Positions 41,733 to 54,523 of a stretch of 64,000 bases of DNA are shown here, in pieces. Below the pieces are notes generated by a model that saw only the letters and a program-made list of their open reading frames with translations, ran no database searches and had not been told where the DNA came from. Source of the DNA: a virus (Duplodnaviria > Heunggongvirae > Uroviricota > Caudoviricetes); the IMG/VR virus record IMGVR_UViG_2565956721_000002; one strand, given 5' to 3'. A program made the position numbers and the translations under genes. How positions within the stretch are numbered: the stretch's first letter is position 1; every line of letters starts with the position of its first letter.

Positions 41733-41742
41733 TAAATGATTA

Positions 41743-41991
41743 TTAATCAGCATTCAGAAGCAATGCGTTATCTATGATGATCTGCTCCCATTCTTCGAAT
41801 GCCCGATCGCGGACACCTTGGGGAACACTGTTAGTTTTGAAATCGACGACCGTCCGCCATTTCCCGTCCGGGCGGTACATGCGCAGAGCTTTACTTCCCC
41901 CTTCCCTGCGCACCTCAACGTTGTGCTTGTCAGCAAACTCTTGTAATGCTCGTAGCGTCCCATGCTTTACTGTGTAGTATCGCTTTTTCAA
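41743..41991 (-). CDS. lxc: small protein at the P1 lxc position
   Basis: 82 aa, last gene of the darB-ulx-lxc arrangement; 4-nt overlap with upstream gene; named by position and size only. Confidence 0.5.
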   Translation of the reverse strand: MKKRYYTVKHGTLRALQEFADKHNVEVRREGGSKALRMYRPDGKWRTVVDFKTNSVPQGVRDRAFEEWEQIIIDNALLLNAD

Positions 41992-42428
41992 GTTTTCTCT
42001 CCAGCCTGTGCTAAGGCTTCAACTTCCAAATCGTAAGACTCAAACTCATAGTCCTGGTCGTCAACCTCTTCAGGTACTGGCAGTAAATGCCAGGCTGAGT
42101 ATATCTGACCATTATCAAAACGCTCCTGGCTGTAGAGCGTCGCAGCTATGAGTGTCAGCGCCGGGCGGTCATAACGGTAAATTTTGCGAACGTCACGGTC
42201 AACGAGACGACCGAAATTACCATAACCGCGCTCCAGTAATAATTTTTTAATTTCCGGCCAGTATGGGCCATAGCTGCGGTACAGGCGGGGATTTTTCAGT
42301 AATCGCCCGCGTAGCCCTGACAGGAAGAAATCAACGTATTCGTCTTCTGTCTTTCCTAACAACGCTGTACGGAGTACCGCCTCAAGATATGTTTTATTCG
42401 GTTTTATTGTATCAGATAGTGTGGCCAT
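41988..42428 (-). CDS. ulx: protein at the P1 ulx position
   Basis: 146 aa immediately downstream of darB on the same strand; named by position and size only. Confidence 0.5.
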   Translation of the reverse strand: MATLSDTIKPNKTYLEAVLRTALLGKTEDEYVDFFLSGLRGRLLKNPRLYRSYGPYWPEIKKLLLERGYGNFGRLVDRDVRKIYRYDRPALTLIAATLYSQERFDNGQIYSAWHLLPVPEEVDDQDYEFESYDLEVEALAQAGEKT

Positions 42429-42461
42429 ATTATGCGACGCCCGGCGAACCGGGCGCTCCTG

Positions 42462-45400
42462 TTATGCGTATTGTTGGATGACGGCCAGAACGTCCGCCAC
42501 GTTGTGTTTTGTCTCGATAATCCACCAGTTACCCGGGAAATCGCTGTTCTTCGCCTTCGCTGGCAGCCAGCGAGCGCCGAATTTCGCCTTGATTGCGTCT
42601 TTCGCACGGAAAAGAACGCCTTTCATGCCTGAGGCTTCCTGAAGCCCAAATACCTCGCCAGCGGCGAATTTTGGTGCGTACATCATCTTCAGGTCGGCGG
42701 TGGATACGCGATAATTCAGACCAAGAGACTGAGCTATGCTGGTGGCATCACCCTGTATTGATGATAACTCTTCTTGTTTCTCGTTTCTGGCGGCAATTTC
42801 TTCCTCCGTGATGTTGCCAAGGGCCAGGTTTATCCGATCAGCGTCGGCCTGTTTCTCTTCATCGGTGCGCCCGGCAAGAACCGTGTTAATTCTCTGCAAT
42901 ATCTCCACATGATTCTTGCGCATGCTGAGCAATTCCGGCGTAACCTCGTTAAGATCCACCAGCCCAAGGATGGCAAGGTCGGAAAACATTGATACCAGGT
43001 TGTAGGTCATGCGATAGCTGAGTTGGCCATAGGCTGATGGCAACTGCACCGCATCCATTTGATAGGCATCCATAAATTTAGAGCCGTCGTTTACGACATC
43101 CGCAATTGCAGGTGTGATTTTCCCTGTGGTGGCGGCCTCCCTGATTGCTGTTACCCATGATTGAGTCAGTGCGGCGACTGCATGATTCAGATTGGCTTCC
43201 CGTTCTGCTGCGATGCGCGCGCTTGCTGAGTCCATTGCCTGCTTGATCTCGGCTTTATTGCTGTAAATGCCAATGGTGCCAAACTGTGCTGTGGTGATCT
43301 CATAATCTGACGCCCGGAACTCATGGGTACCGAAAATGGCATTGGTGACCTCAAGTTCAGAATCCCCGTTACGAGTAGCCCCCTGGCTTGCTTTCTCCGG
43401 CATTTTTGCGATCGCATCCGCTATTTTCTCCTGAATTGCTTCAGGGGATAGCGTATCTCCGTATGACGCGATTACATCGCCATAATTGGAGCCAAACAAT
43501 TCAACCAGGAATGTTTCTGCCGAACGGATCTGGCGGTTATTCCCTTCCGACATCATACCAAGCACCCATTTTGCAATTGACGACTTCAGCGCGCCGTCAC
43601 GGCGATCCGGGTAAACCGCATGCTTCAGTGGGGCCGTATAGGAACCAACAAAATCAATGCTATAGCCTGACTCTGTAGTCTGAACGCCGTATGAGTCAGT
43701 GATTTTGATCATGCCGCGCTGCTGGAAACGGTAGAAATCGTCACAGGAAATGATGTCGTTAATCCCGGCGATGGAGACGCCACCACTGATTTTCTGCATA
43801 ACAGCATCTTCATCGGGAGTTACATCAACCTGTTTATCCAGCGTCTTCACATCCCAGTTACCCGATTTGGTGCCTTTGAAGGTAAAGATGATCTCCACGT
43901 CTGCGCGCTGGCTGTCGAAGTCCAGCGACTTAATGCGAACGATATCACCGGCACAATCATAGTATTGGCCTACACGCCATGAGCGATCGCCGATAACAAG
44001 GAACTCATTCGCATGGTTAACCAGATCAGGATCAACATCCAGAATGCCTTTATTTATTGCATCCTCCACCAGCGGGCGCAGGCGTTTGATATCCGTCGCG
44101 GCCTTCTGAGTACGGTTCAATAATTTCTCATAGCGGGAGATGGCCTGAGAGATATTAGCCTTGCGCTGAATGGCGCTTTTCAACGACGCGCGATACTGTG
44201 CTAACAACATACGGTCTGTGTGATGGACGCTACCCCAGCGGGCTTTCCAGTCTGCGTTATCAGCTGCTTTGGCCATTACCGCCTGTTTGAATTTGGCGAC
44301 GTCGGCGGTGGTCTTTTCAAGTTCCGCTTTGCTTCGCTCCAATTCAGCGGTAAGTACCTCCACATCCTCACCAGCTGCGTGCTGCGCCTTGATGTAGTTC
44401 TGAAGGTCGATAGTAGCCTGTTCTTTCTGGCGAGCGCGTTTCGCAGCTTTCGCCTTATCCATTTGAACCTGCATCATTACCAGACGTTCGCCGTCATCCT
44501 TCGCGGTATACATCTGCATTTCGATCATGTCATTGGCGTCGGCGTTCTCCATTTCTGACTTATCTGAACGGAGGATATCGGAGATCCAGCCTGCTTTACG
44601 CTTCAGCGTCTTCAGTCGGTATTCATCGAAAGACCCCTTGCCGCAGTAGTAGTGAACGCGAACGCTTGCACGGTTGGAGCCAACTCGTGCACCGCGACCG
44701 TTACGTTGTGCGATACTGGCTGGTGTCCACGGCAACGTCAGGTGGTGGATATCCGTCGTTCCTCGATGCAGGTTGATACCCACCTCTGCCTTTTTGTTGC
44801 AGATGATGATCGGAGTCCGGCCCTCCTGGAAGTCGGCAGCAATCTTTTCCAGCCCACCCAGCGACATTTCATTTTGCTGCGCGATATAGGCGTCATACAG
44901 AGCCATTTGCTCGTTGTATTTCGCTATCTGTGCATCTGTTGGTTCATCCGGTAGCTCTTTCGGCGGTTTAACCGCTTTCAGTTTCTTACCGGTTTTACCT
45001 GCCTCGGCAACCGTCTGAGCATTCAGGATCCCCACCTTTGAAGGTTCAAGGTTAAGAGCATTGCAGATAATGCGCTTGAGCTTCTGGTGTTGCGTTTTTT
45101 CATCGGTGAAGATGATTTGCTTACCTTCCGGGAAAAACTCCTTCAGCGTGGCAATCAGCTTCGCGTATTTGGGCGTAACGGGGTGAGTTACGGTCTGTTC
45201 GTCAATGCCAAACTTGGCCAGGCGCTTATTCACTTCCTGCTCAAATGCTTCCGGTACCTGCAACTGAATAAACTCGCCCTTATCTATCAGGGAGTATTGC
45301 GATTGCTGCGTGATCGAATCATCACTGTCGTCGTCTTCGCTGGTGGCTTGTTTAGGCAAACTGTCCGCCAGCTGCTGCACCGCATCGGCGTACTCCGGCA

Positions 45401-48400
45401 GGAAACGATAGGTGATCCTGCGATAGTACAGGTCCATGTCAGTACATACGCGGTCCATATCCCTGATTATTGAGAAGATCGGACGGGCTTTCTCGTGCTC
45501 AATCACGCCGTCTTCATTGACCGAGGTCGTTACGCCATTGTTGGCTTTGGCTGCCGCTTCCGCCTGCTGACGCAATTCTTCATACGCCGCCAGTTGTTCT
45601 TCCGTAAGTGGTGCATCCTGCTGGTGTTCGTCCAGTTCCGGGATCTCCACGGTATCCTTAACGTCTTCCGCCGTTTTAAGCGTTGTCCAGCGATGGAATA
45701 TGCCGCGCAGCGCATCAAGGTTTTCAAAGCCCACCAGCGCCATTTTTTCTTCAACTTCACCGCTGATTTTCTGTACCGTTTCCAGCCTGGTCTTGCCGAA
45801 GAATTTAACGAAGTCATCAGGACCGTAGATCCCCATCTTCTGCCAGTATTCCTTCGGCAGCACATGAGAAAGCATGTTGTATGCATCGATCGGGGTGTTA
45901 ACGACTGGCGTTGCAGTCAGGAGAACCGGTCCGCGCCCACCATTCTTTTTCATCAGGTACGCGTTTTTAATTGCCATATCCCGCGCCGATTGCGCCACCG
46001 CGCTGGTGGGCAGATAGGCCAGTTGTGACGCTTCGCGACCATTTTTATAGCTATTGCGGTAGTTGTGACCTTCGTCAGCGATCACACTATCGAAGCCCAT
46101 ATCCTCAAAGTACGGATACTTCTCTGCTTTTTCGGTGCCGGTATCTGAATACTCCGACAATACCCGGCGACGCGCGGCCTCTTTGCGGTGGGAGTCGGAG
46201 TCCATTGCGCTGGCTACGCGCCCGGCGGCAACGAAGTCATAAAGCATATCCTGTGCATGCTCATCTACGGTGTCATCACGTAGCGGAATGCGGGCGTATT
46301 GTTCTTTGGTAAACACGACTGCACGGTAATTTGAGTGCGGGATCGCGTTCATCCGCGCCGTGATAGTGGCTTCATCTGCCAGTTTTAGGGCATCGCGCAT
46401 AACTGGAGTGCCATCAGTACCAAGAACAGGTTTACCGTTCTCATCGAGCACCGGCACCTGGCGAATCTGATCGCCATCCATCAGCACATCAAGACCGACG
46501 AACAGGTAGTTACTGAATGCCTCTTCACTCAGGAATTCTTTTGCTTCGTAATACCAGTTTTCCAGCACTGATTTAGGCACTACATACGCAGTACGGGTGG
46601 AGCGACCGTTCTCATAGTTGAACGCCTCAAGCGCCAGCGCGGTCGTAGTTTTACCCAGCCCGGTGCCGAAGCCCAGGATGCCGCGCCCATCTTCGGACAG
46701 TCGGCGCACTTCGCTATTCTGGTAATCAAATGGCTGGCGCTTACCGCTTAATCCCTTCAACCCAAGCGGATCGCCAGAGTGTTCATACGGGATATTGCTA
46801 TTGAACACATCGTTGTATTTGGCAACCAGTTCATCGTAGCGATCGTGCGTCTTGATCCACTTATTGAACTGGTCCTCAAGCAGTGCCATCTGCTCGCGGT
46901 AGCCGTTCGCCGTCGCGCTATCTTTGCCACCGATACGCGCACCATTGAGATACTTTTCCAGCTGTGCCGGGAACCCGGTCGCGTTTTCACCTGATTTACG
47001 GTCCCACTCGTAGCGGATCTCGCCTGTTTCTTTATCCTTGCGCTGGACGACACCGTATCGGTGCCCGACGAACAGGCCATCACCACCGTGATAGGTGTCA
47101 GAAACCATTTCGTCGCCTTCCAGCTGCACTGACTGCACATAGCGCAGATCCGGATAGCCCTTTTCCTGCAAAAACTCCAGAATGACGGAACGGTCGAACC
47201 AACGGCTATTGAGCTTAAACCGGATATTCTCTGCTGGCGTCTTGATGCGCTTCTCTTCGATCGCTGCCAGCTGATTAAGGACGTTGTTCTTTACTGGACC
47301 GTCGGGGAGCGTGGCGAGGAATTCCTGTTTTGGAGCCACTATCTCGTTAATGTCGCCGCTGGTGGCGCGGGCGAACGGAACAATCCCGCCATACGGTGAA
47401 ACCGCAATACCAGGAGTGCTGGCCAATAAATTAAGCAACTCTTCATCACTGGCTGGCAATTCGCCGGTAAACGCAAGGCGGAAATCATCGAGCTGGATTG
47501 GATCGCGGGTAAGATCGCTATAGAGATAACGCAGGGTGTCCTGATAGCTGGTGGAGTCATAACTGGCGCTGGAATCATGCGTAACCAGCTTTCCTGTCAG
47601 CTCGTCAGAAATAGTGCCATCCAGCTTAATTGCACCACGGAAAGCAAACCAGGCGCGCGCACCGCTTCCCGATAATTTAGCTATCGGACCGCGACCAGGG
47701 TTACCAAAACGGTCAATCTCTGCCTGCAAACGGGATACCAGAGAAAGGCGCTGCTGTTCGATTTGTTCAGCACTATGCCCGGCGGCCTTCATATCCTGAT
47801 ATTCAATTAACATCCGGCCAATCATCGCCCCACGATACAAGCGTTCACGGTATTTTTCAGGCTGGCTGTTAATCCAGTCCACCAGCTGCACCATATCGTC
47901 GCTGATTGATGTGGTGTACTTATCGCGGACATTTGCCATCTGGGTAAATGTCATACCGAGACGGCCTTCTGTTGTAGTCAGGTTACGCTGAAGAGCCTCC
48001 CAGCTATCCGCGCCATAACTGGCAGCATCAATTTTAAGTTCCTTCCCGGCATCAGCTTCAATCCAGCGACCACCAGCATATTTTTGCCATACGCCATTAA
48101 TCAGGCGCATTTCCCCTTCACCAACAACGTCTGCGGTCAGTGACGGTTCAGCCATATCGAGCAAAGACCAGTCGATACGGCTTTCGAAACGATGAATCAG
48201 CTTCGCTTTAAGAGCCTGGTTATCAATCTGACCGTCGGCACGAACCTCAATACGCCCCTGGAAGCCCTTTTCCTGGGTGCCATGAACAAACCGGCGGCCA
48301 TCCTTTTCAAACCACTTGCCAGAAATAAACGTTGGCCAAAGCACATTTGCCGATTCAAGAGTGCTTTCATCCACCAGGGGGATTTTCTCAGCCATCTCTG

Positions 48401-49229
48401 CCGGATGTTTGCGCATCAGCACCACATCAACGACTGTACTGGTCCCGTTTGCGTCAAAAGTACCGGTAGGCAAGCGGTGGGCACCAAGAAATTCAGCTTT
48501 CCGTGATAGGCGCAGGCGTAACCGCTTCATGTTTGAACCTGAAACAATGGACGGCGGCACAATCACGCACATGAATCCGCCTGGCTTTATCTTGTCCAGC
48601 ATGCGGAGCATGAAGTAAGAACCCATGTCCGTTTCTTCTGCGTAAGGCTTATCGATGTTGCGTGTGTTATCACGACCGCCGAACGGAACGTTACCCACAA
48701 CATGGTCGAATGAATCGTTAGGCGTGCTTATAGCCAGCTGTTCGAACGGGGAAATCTGTACGCTGTCTTCCGGGTGTAACAACTGGTTTATACGACCGGA
48801 AACACTGCTGATCTCAGTCGCGGTCATCACCGTACCAACCGGTTTTGTCTCATTAAAAACGCCGGTTCCCGCCGATGGTTCCAGAGTGTTACCTACGTCC
48901 GCGCCGTAGAGCTTCATGATCTCCCAGACACCTTCAGCGATCGGCTTTGGTGTGTAATATTCGGAGACGGACCCGCCAATGCCGCCTTCACCGGTGTACC
49001 CAGCCAGGATCTGGCGCTGTTCATCTGTCAGTGTCGCGCCGTCCACCAGCGAATTAAGCAAATCAATCGCCTTCTGATTCGCCTCCCGGCGTAGTCGGTC
49101 ATAGCTTTTGCCTTCCACCTTTTCCACGCCGTATCTAATCGGCGCTCGGTGAGATGTTATTGCCCTAATGTATTTCAATATTTCGCTGACACTTGAACAG
49201 CGAAACACCCCCATAGATAGCTTGTTCAT
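42462..49229 (-). CDS. darB: antirestriction protein DarB (N6-adenine methyltransferase fused to SF2 helicase)
   Basis: 2255 aa (P1 DarB length); AAGGA RBS; N-terminal MTase motifs (SAGTGVF, GNVPFGG); central helicase motifs (GFGTGLGKTT, IADEGHNYRN). Confidence 0.85.
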   Translation of the reverse strand: MNKLSMGVFRCSSVSEILKYIRAITSHRAPIRYGVEKVEGKSYDRLRREANQKAIDLLNSLVDGATLTDEQRQILAGYTGEGGIGGSVSEYYTPKPIAEGVWEIMKLYGADVGNTLEPSAGTGVFNETKPVGTVMTATEISSVSGRINQLLHPEDSVQISPFEQLAISTPNDSFDHVVGNVPFGGRDNTRNIDKPYAEETDMGSYFMLRMLDKIKPGGFMCVIVPPSIVSGSNMKRLRLRLSRKAEFLGAHRLPTGTFDANGTSTVVDVVLMRKHPAEMAEKIPLVDESTLESANVLWPTFISGKWFEKDGRRFVHGTQEKGFQGRIEVRADGQIDNQALKAKLIHRFESRIDWSLLDMAEPSLTADVVGEGEMRLINGVWQKYAGGRWIEADAGKELKIDAASYGADSWEALQRNLTTTEGRLGMTFTQMANVRDKYTTSISDDMVQLVDWINSQPEKYRERLYRGAMIGRMLIEYQDMKAAGHSAEQIEQQRLSLVSRLQAEIDRFGNPGRGPIAKLSGSGARAWFAFRGAIKLDGTISDELTGKLVTHDSSASYDSTSYQDTLRYLYSDLTRDPIQLDDFRLAFTGELPASDEELLNLLASTPGIAVSPYGGIVPFARATSGDINEIVAPKQEFLATLPDGPVKNNVLNQLAAIEEKRIKTPAENIRFKLNSRWFDRSVILEFLQEKGYPDLRYVQSVQLEGDEMVSDTYHGGDGLFVGHRYGVVQRKDKETGEIRYEWDRKSGENATGFPAQLEKYLNGARIGGKDSATANGYREQMALLEDQFNKWIKTHDRYDELVAKYNDVFNSNIPYEHSGDPLGLKGLSGKRQPFDYQNSEVRRLSEDGRGILGFGTGLGKTTTALALEAFNYENGRSTRTAYVVPKSVLENWYYEAKEFLSEEAFSNYLFVGLDVLMDGDQIRQVPVLDENGKPVLGTDGTPVMRDALKLADEATITARMNAIPHSNYRAVVFTKEQYARIPLRDDTVDEHAQDMLYDFVAAGRVASAMDSDSHRKEAARRRVLSEYSDTGTEKAEKYPYFEDMGFDSVIADEGHNYRNSYKNGREASQLAYLPTSAVAQSARDMAIKNAYLMKKNGGRGPVLLTATPVVNTPIDAYNMLSHVLPKEYWQKMGIYGPDDFVKFFGKTRLETVQKISGEVEEKMALVGFENLDALRGIFHRWTTLKTAEDVKDTVEIPELDEHQQDAPLTEEQLAAYEELRQQAEAAAKANNGVTTSVNEDGVIEHEKARPIFSIIRDMDRVCTDMDLYYRRITYRFLPEYADAVQQLADSLPKQATSEDDDSDDSITQQSQYSLIDKGEFIQLQVPEAFEQEVNKRLAKFGIDEQTVTHPVTPKYAKLIATLKEFFPEGKQIIFTDEKTQHQKLKRIICNALNLEPSKVGILNAQTVAEAGKTGKKLKAVKPPKELPDEPTDAQIAKYNEQMALYDAYIAQQNEMSLGGLEKIAADFQEGRTPIIICNKKAEVGINLHRGTTDIHHLTLPWTPASIAQRNGRGARVGSNRASVRVHYYCGKGSFDEYRLKTLKRKAGWISDILRSDKSEMENADANDMIEMQMYTAKDDGERLVMMQVQMDKAKAAKRARQKEQATIDLQNYIKAQHAAGEDVEVLTAELERSKAELEKTTADVAKFKQAVMAKAADNADWKARWGSVHHTDRMLLAQYRASLKSAIQRKANISQAISRYEKLLNRTQKAATDIKRLRPLVEDAINKGILDVDPDLVNHANEFLVIGDRSWRVGQYYDCAGDIVRIKSLDFDSQRADVEIIFTFKGTKSGNWDVKTLDKQVDVTPDEDAVMQKISGGVSIAGINDIISCDDFYRFQQRGMIKITDSYGVQTTESGYSIDFVGSYTAPLKHAVYPDRRDGALKSSIAKWVLGMMSEGNNRQIRSAETFLVELFGSNYGDVIASYGDTLSPEAIQEKIADAIAKMPEKASQGATRNGDSELEVTNAIFGTHEFRASDYEITTAQFGTIGIYSNKAEIKQAMDSASARIAAEREANLNHAVAALTQSWVTAIREAATTGKITPAIADVVNDGSKFMDAYQMDAVQLPSAYGQLSYRMTYNLVSMFSDLAILGLVDLNEVTPELLSMRKNHVEILQRINTVLAGRTDEEKQADADRINLALGNITEEEIAARNEKQEELSSIQGDATSIAQSLGLNYRVSTADLKMMYAPKFAAGEVFGLQEASGMKGVLFRAKDAIKAKFGARWLPAKAKNSDFPGNWWIIETKHNVADVLAVIQQYA

Positions 49230-49240
49230 TGGTAATCCTT

Positions 49241-49261
49241 AACAAGTGACTAGTGTTAAAT
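49241..49261 (+). promoter_or_regulatory. putative late-promoter motif (AACAAGTGACTAGTGTTAAAT)
   Basis: 44 nt upstream of prt in the divergent darB/prt intergenic region; shares core with the tail-operon and lyz upstream motifs. Confidence 0.4.
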
Positions 49262-49295
49262 TCCGTTCAAACACGATGCGAATTATTCTAATTAA

Positions 49296-52026
<2,731 letters not shown>

Positions 52027-52037
52027 CCATCAAAAAT

Positions 52038-52059
52038 AACCCCGGCGGCTGCCGGGGTT
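52038..52059. terminator. hairpin terminator between convergent pro and lyz operons
   Basis: AACCCCGGC-GGCT-GCCGGGGTT. Confidence 0.6.
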
Positions 52060-52070
52060 CTCGTTAACTA

Positions 52071-52325
52071 TTATCGCCTTCGTCTGCGTGCCATATATTT
52101 TCGCACCGCGCGACGTGGGCAATCTGAAGCGGTTTCTTTCTGCTGCATCAATCTTGCAGCCATGCTCAAAAATGTCAGGCACAGCCGAAGCCCGGCATAT
52201 AATAGCGGTTCCAGTGGCCACGTCTCATTGAGCACATATACCGCCATGAAAATCGAGTCGAAAACTATCGCCGCCAGCGATAACTTCATTGTCGAAAGTC
52301 GGCGGAGCTGCCGGAGTTTATTCAT
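52071..52325 (-). CDS. small hydrophobic/basic protein downstream of lyz
   Basis: 84 aa; ATG overlaps lyz stop; hydrophobic core and RRRRR C-terminus; ends at the terminator hairpin. Confidence 0.35.
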   Translation of the reverse strand: MNKLRQLRRLSTMKLSLAAIVFDSIFMAVYVLNETWPLEPLLYAGLRLCLTFLSMAARLMQQKETASDCPRRAVRKYMARRRRR

Positions 52326-52875
52326 TGACCAGTCCCGTCAGGCAAAGCTGGCGTTCTTTTTCACGGCGAATCTTTAAACCTCGCAGGGGCACGCCGTTAC
52401 TGTTCACGAAATCAGGGAGATGGTTACACATATTCACCCATTCTCCTTTCTGCGCCCACTTGTGGATGGACGTTTCTACTCGCATGCCTCGCGCTTTGCT
52501 GTAGTAGGTCCGTAAACTATTGCATCCCATATTGAATGCCGCGCTTGTCATTGCGCTAAAGGCATTATCGGGCATGTCTTTGCCCCGGAAGTGCTGGTTA
52601 ATACAGCGTTCAGCGATCAGGATATTCTTTTCCCAATCAGCGGCGATTTGCTGGTCGGTTTTTCGCACGCCCGGCGTTACCCCGTGTGTATTACCAATCC
52701 CGTCAGTCCATACACCCGCCGGGCACATGTATGGGTCACGTCGGCAACCTTCAGCGTTTCCGATAAGCTCAAGCCCCGCCTGGTTGGTTCGCACATTGCC
52801 ATTACCCATCACGATGGTAATCATCACCGCGATAGCGCAAATTGCACCGCCTCCTGCGGCTGTTTTTCCCTTCAT
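52318..52875 (-). CDS. lyz: endolysin, T4-lysozyme-like
   Basis: 185 aa (P1 Lyz length); N-terminal signal-anchor-like segment then lysozyme-type fold motifs; AACAAGTGA motif upstream. Confidence 0.8.
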   Translation of the reverse strand: MKGKTAAGGGAICAIAVMITIVMGNGNVRTNQAGLELIGNAEGCRRDPYMCPAGVWTDGIGNTHGVTPGVRKTDQQIAADWEKNILIAERCINQHFRGKDMPDNAFSAMTSAAFNMGCNSLRTYYSKARGMRVETSIHKWAQKGEWVNMCNHLPDFVNSNGVPLRGLKIRREKERQLCLTGLVNE

Positions 52876-53007
52876 AAAGACCTCATAAGCGAATTTTTAC
52901 GCTCCAGGACAAACACCCATTCACAGCCAATACCGACTGACTCGATCCCTTTAGAAGACACAGGATAATGCAAATCACTTGTTAGCTACGTTTCAAAGAT
53001 ATACATT

Positions 53008-53024
53008 ATTGCTCTAATTAATTT
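53008..53024 (+). promoter_or_regulatory. C1 operator-like site upstream of ssb
   Basis: ATTGCTCTAATTAATTT about 20 bp before the ssb start. Confidence 0.6.
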
Positions 53025-53043
53025 ATTTTATTAGGTAAGATAA

Positions 53044-53532
53044 GTGGCACAACGCGGTGTAAACAAAGTCATCCTGATTGGTACCCTGGGGCAAGACCCG
53101 GAGATCAGGTATATACCAAATGGCGGCGCGGTCGGAAGACTCAGCATCGCAACGAATGAATCATGGCGCGACAAGCAAACGGGCCAACAGAAAGAGCAAA
53201 CAGAATGGCATAAAGTCGTTTTGTTCGGAAAACTTGCTGAAATTGCGAGTGAGTATTTACGAAAAGGTTCTCAGGTCTACATCGAAGGGAAACTTAAAAC
53301 CCGTAAGTGGACAGATGACGCCGGTGTAGAACGTTACACGACGGAAATTATCGTCAGCCAGGGCGGCACCATGCAAATGATCGGCGCTCGCCGCGACGAT
53401 TCACAGTCCTCAAATGGCTGGGGGCAGTCAAACCAACCTCAAAACCACCAGCAATACAGCGGTGGTGGCAAACCTCAGAGCAGCGCCAATAACGAACCTC
53501 CAATGGACTTTGAAGACGATATTCCGTTTTAG
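53044..53532 (+). CDS. ssb: single-stranded DNA-binding protein
   Basis: GTG start; near-colinear with E. coli SSB ([17 protein letters not shown]...) including Gly/Gln-rich tail and acidic C-terminus DFEDDIPF. Confidence 0.95.
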   Translation: MAQRGVNKVILIGTLGQDPEIRYIPNGGAVGRLSIATNESWRDKQTGQQKEQTEWHKVVLFGKLAEIASEYLRKGSQVYIEGKLKTRKWTDDAGVERYTTEIIVSQGGTMQMIGARRDDSQSSNGWGQSNQPQNHQQYSGGGKPQSSANNEPPMDFEDDIPF

Positions 53533-53734
53533 AGTTTATGAGTAAAAAACGACTGAAAGAAAAGCGGTGGTCCAAACGCCAACAAAAGCACGAACTCGCT
53601 AAAAAACGCCAAAGTTGGCAATGGAACGCGTTTTTAACGAACAGAACACCCCGAGATATTGCTTTCGCTGGTGGGAAAACATTCCTGACCCACCTGAAGG
53701 CGCAATACATCAGTTTTTAAGCAGAGAAAAGACT

Positions 53735-54523
53735 ATGGCAGCACAAAATACTAAAACAATTCAATACCGCCTGCGTAATGGCCAGAGTGTCGAAGTGACC
53801 ATCAATAATGATGGTGTACCTGGCGAAAAGGTTTCTATCTCCGATCTGGCTATCGAAAAAACCATCATGTGCCACCTTGGCTTTACTGAAGAAGTGAGCA
53901 AAAAGCATGGTGTAGCAATCTGGAGCGCAATGGATACTGGTATGCGCAAATTCATTACTGCTCGTACCCCAGGGATGACCATGATGGACCTCATGCAGAT
54001 TGCGCCGCTGTTTGAATGTGAGCCTTTAGATGTATTCAGCAATCCAGCTATCTGCCAGCAGTTATATGGTGAGATGAAACTCGCGGTTACCCCCATTGTG
54101 CTGCATGAAGGATCGCTTGCTGGCGTGTGGAAAGTGGAGCGTATTTCAAGCTACATGCCTTTCCATGTCAACGGCGTAATCACTGGTGAAAATCAACCTG
54201 TTTCCGTTATAAAGTCAGACCTCAAGCGCGCAATTCTTGAAGCAAGTTGTCGAGTTGTCGGCCTGGGCAAACAGTCTTATGTTTCCTTCCCGGCTGGCCC
54301 TGAAGGCCCGGCAGAAATTCTGATTATGGATGCCGATCTGCTATGGCAAATACAGTTTCTGATTGGCAAAAGCATCATCCGCGCTGAAGAACTCGATCAG
54401 TACATTACCTGCACGATGACGGATGAAGTCAAAAGTGTGGCTATAGCCAATGCCCGGAACCTATGTCGTGCTGCATTAACAGAACTGCAAGAAAACACCA
54501 CGGAAGAGGTGGAAAGTGATTAA
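53735..54523 (+). CDS. hypothetical protein upstream of the terminase paralog
   Basis: internal ATG 53735 of track ORF 53615..54523; stop overlaps downstream GTG start. Confidence 0.45.
   Translation: MAAQNTKTIQYRLRNGQSVEVTINNDGVPGEKVSISDLAIEKTIMCHLGFTEEVSKKHGVAIWSAMDTGMRKFITARTPGMTMMDLMQIAPLFECEPLDVFSNPAICQQLYGEMKLAVTPIVLHEGSLAGVWKVERISSYMPFHVNGVITGENQPVSVIKSDLKRAILEASCRVVGLGKQSYVSFPAGPEGPAEILIMDADLLWQIQFLIGKSIIRAEELDQYITCTMTDEVKSVAIANARNLCRAALTELQENTTEEVESD

Noticed and set aside
40560-41740. IS1 or another insertion sequence at the mat-lxc junction, as in prototype P1
   Set aside because: No transposase-like ORF and no terminal inverted repeats with target duplication; the only ORF is the DUF2971-like gene, bounded by hairpins rather than IS ends.
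41743-41991. Reading the 82-aa lxc-position protein as a HicA-like toxin
   Set aside because: Only a vague compositional resemblance; position, size and operon context fit P1 lxc and no partner antitoxin gene is adjacent.
42593-48909. Many 60-180 aa ORFs on both strands inside the darB coding region (for example 44220..44558, 45495..46028, 46757..47140)
   Set aside because: All are nested within the continuous 2255-codon darB frame, lack ribosome-binding sites and are the usual shadow ORFs of a long GC-balanced gene.
53538-53720. 60-aa highly basic ORF just after ssb
   Set aside because: No ribosome-binding site, overlaps the upstream extension of the next gene, and its composition looks like a lysine/arginine-rich frame artefact.
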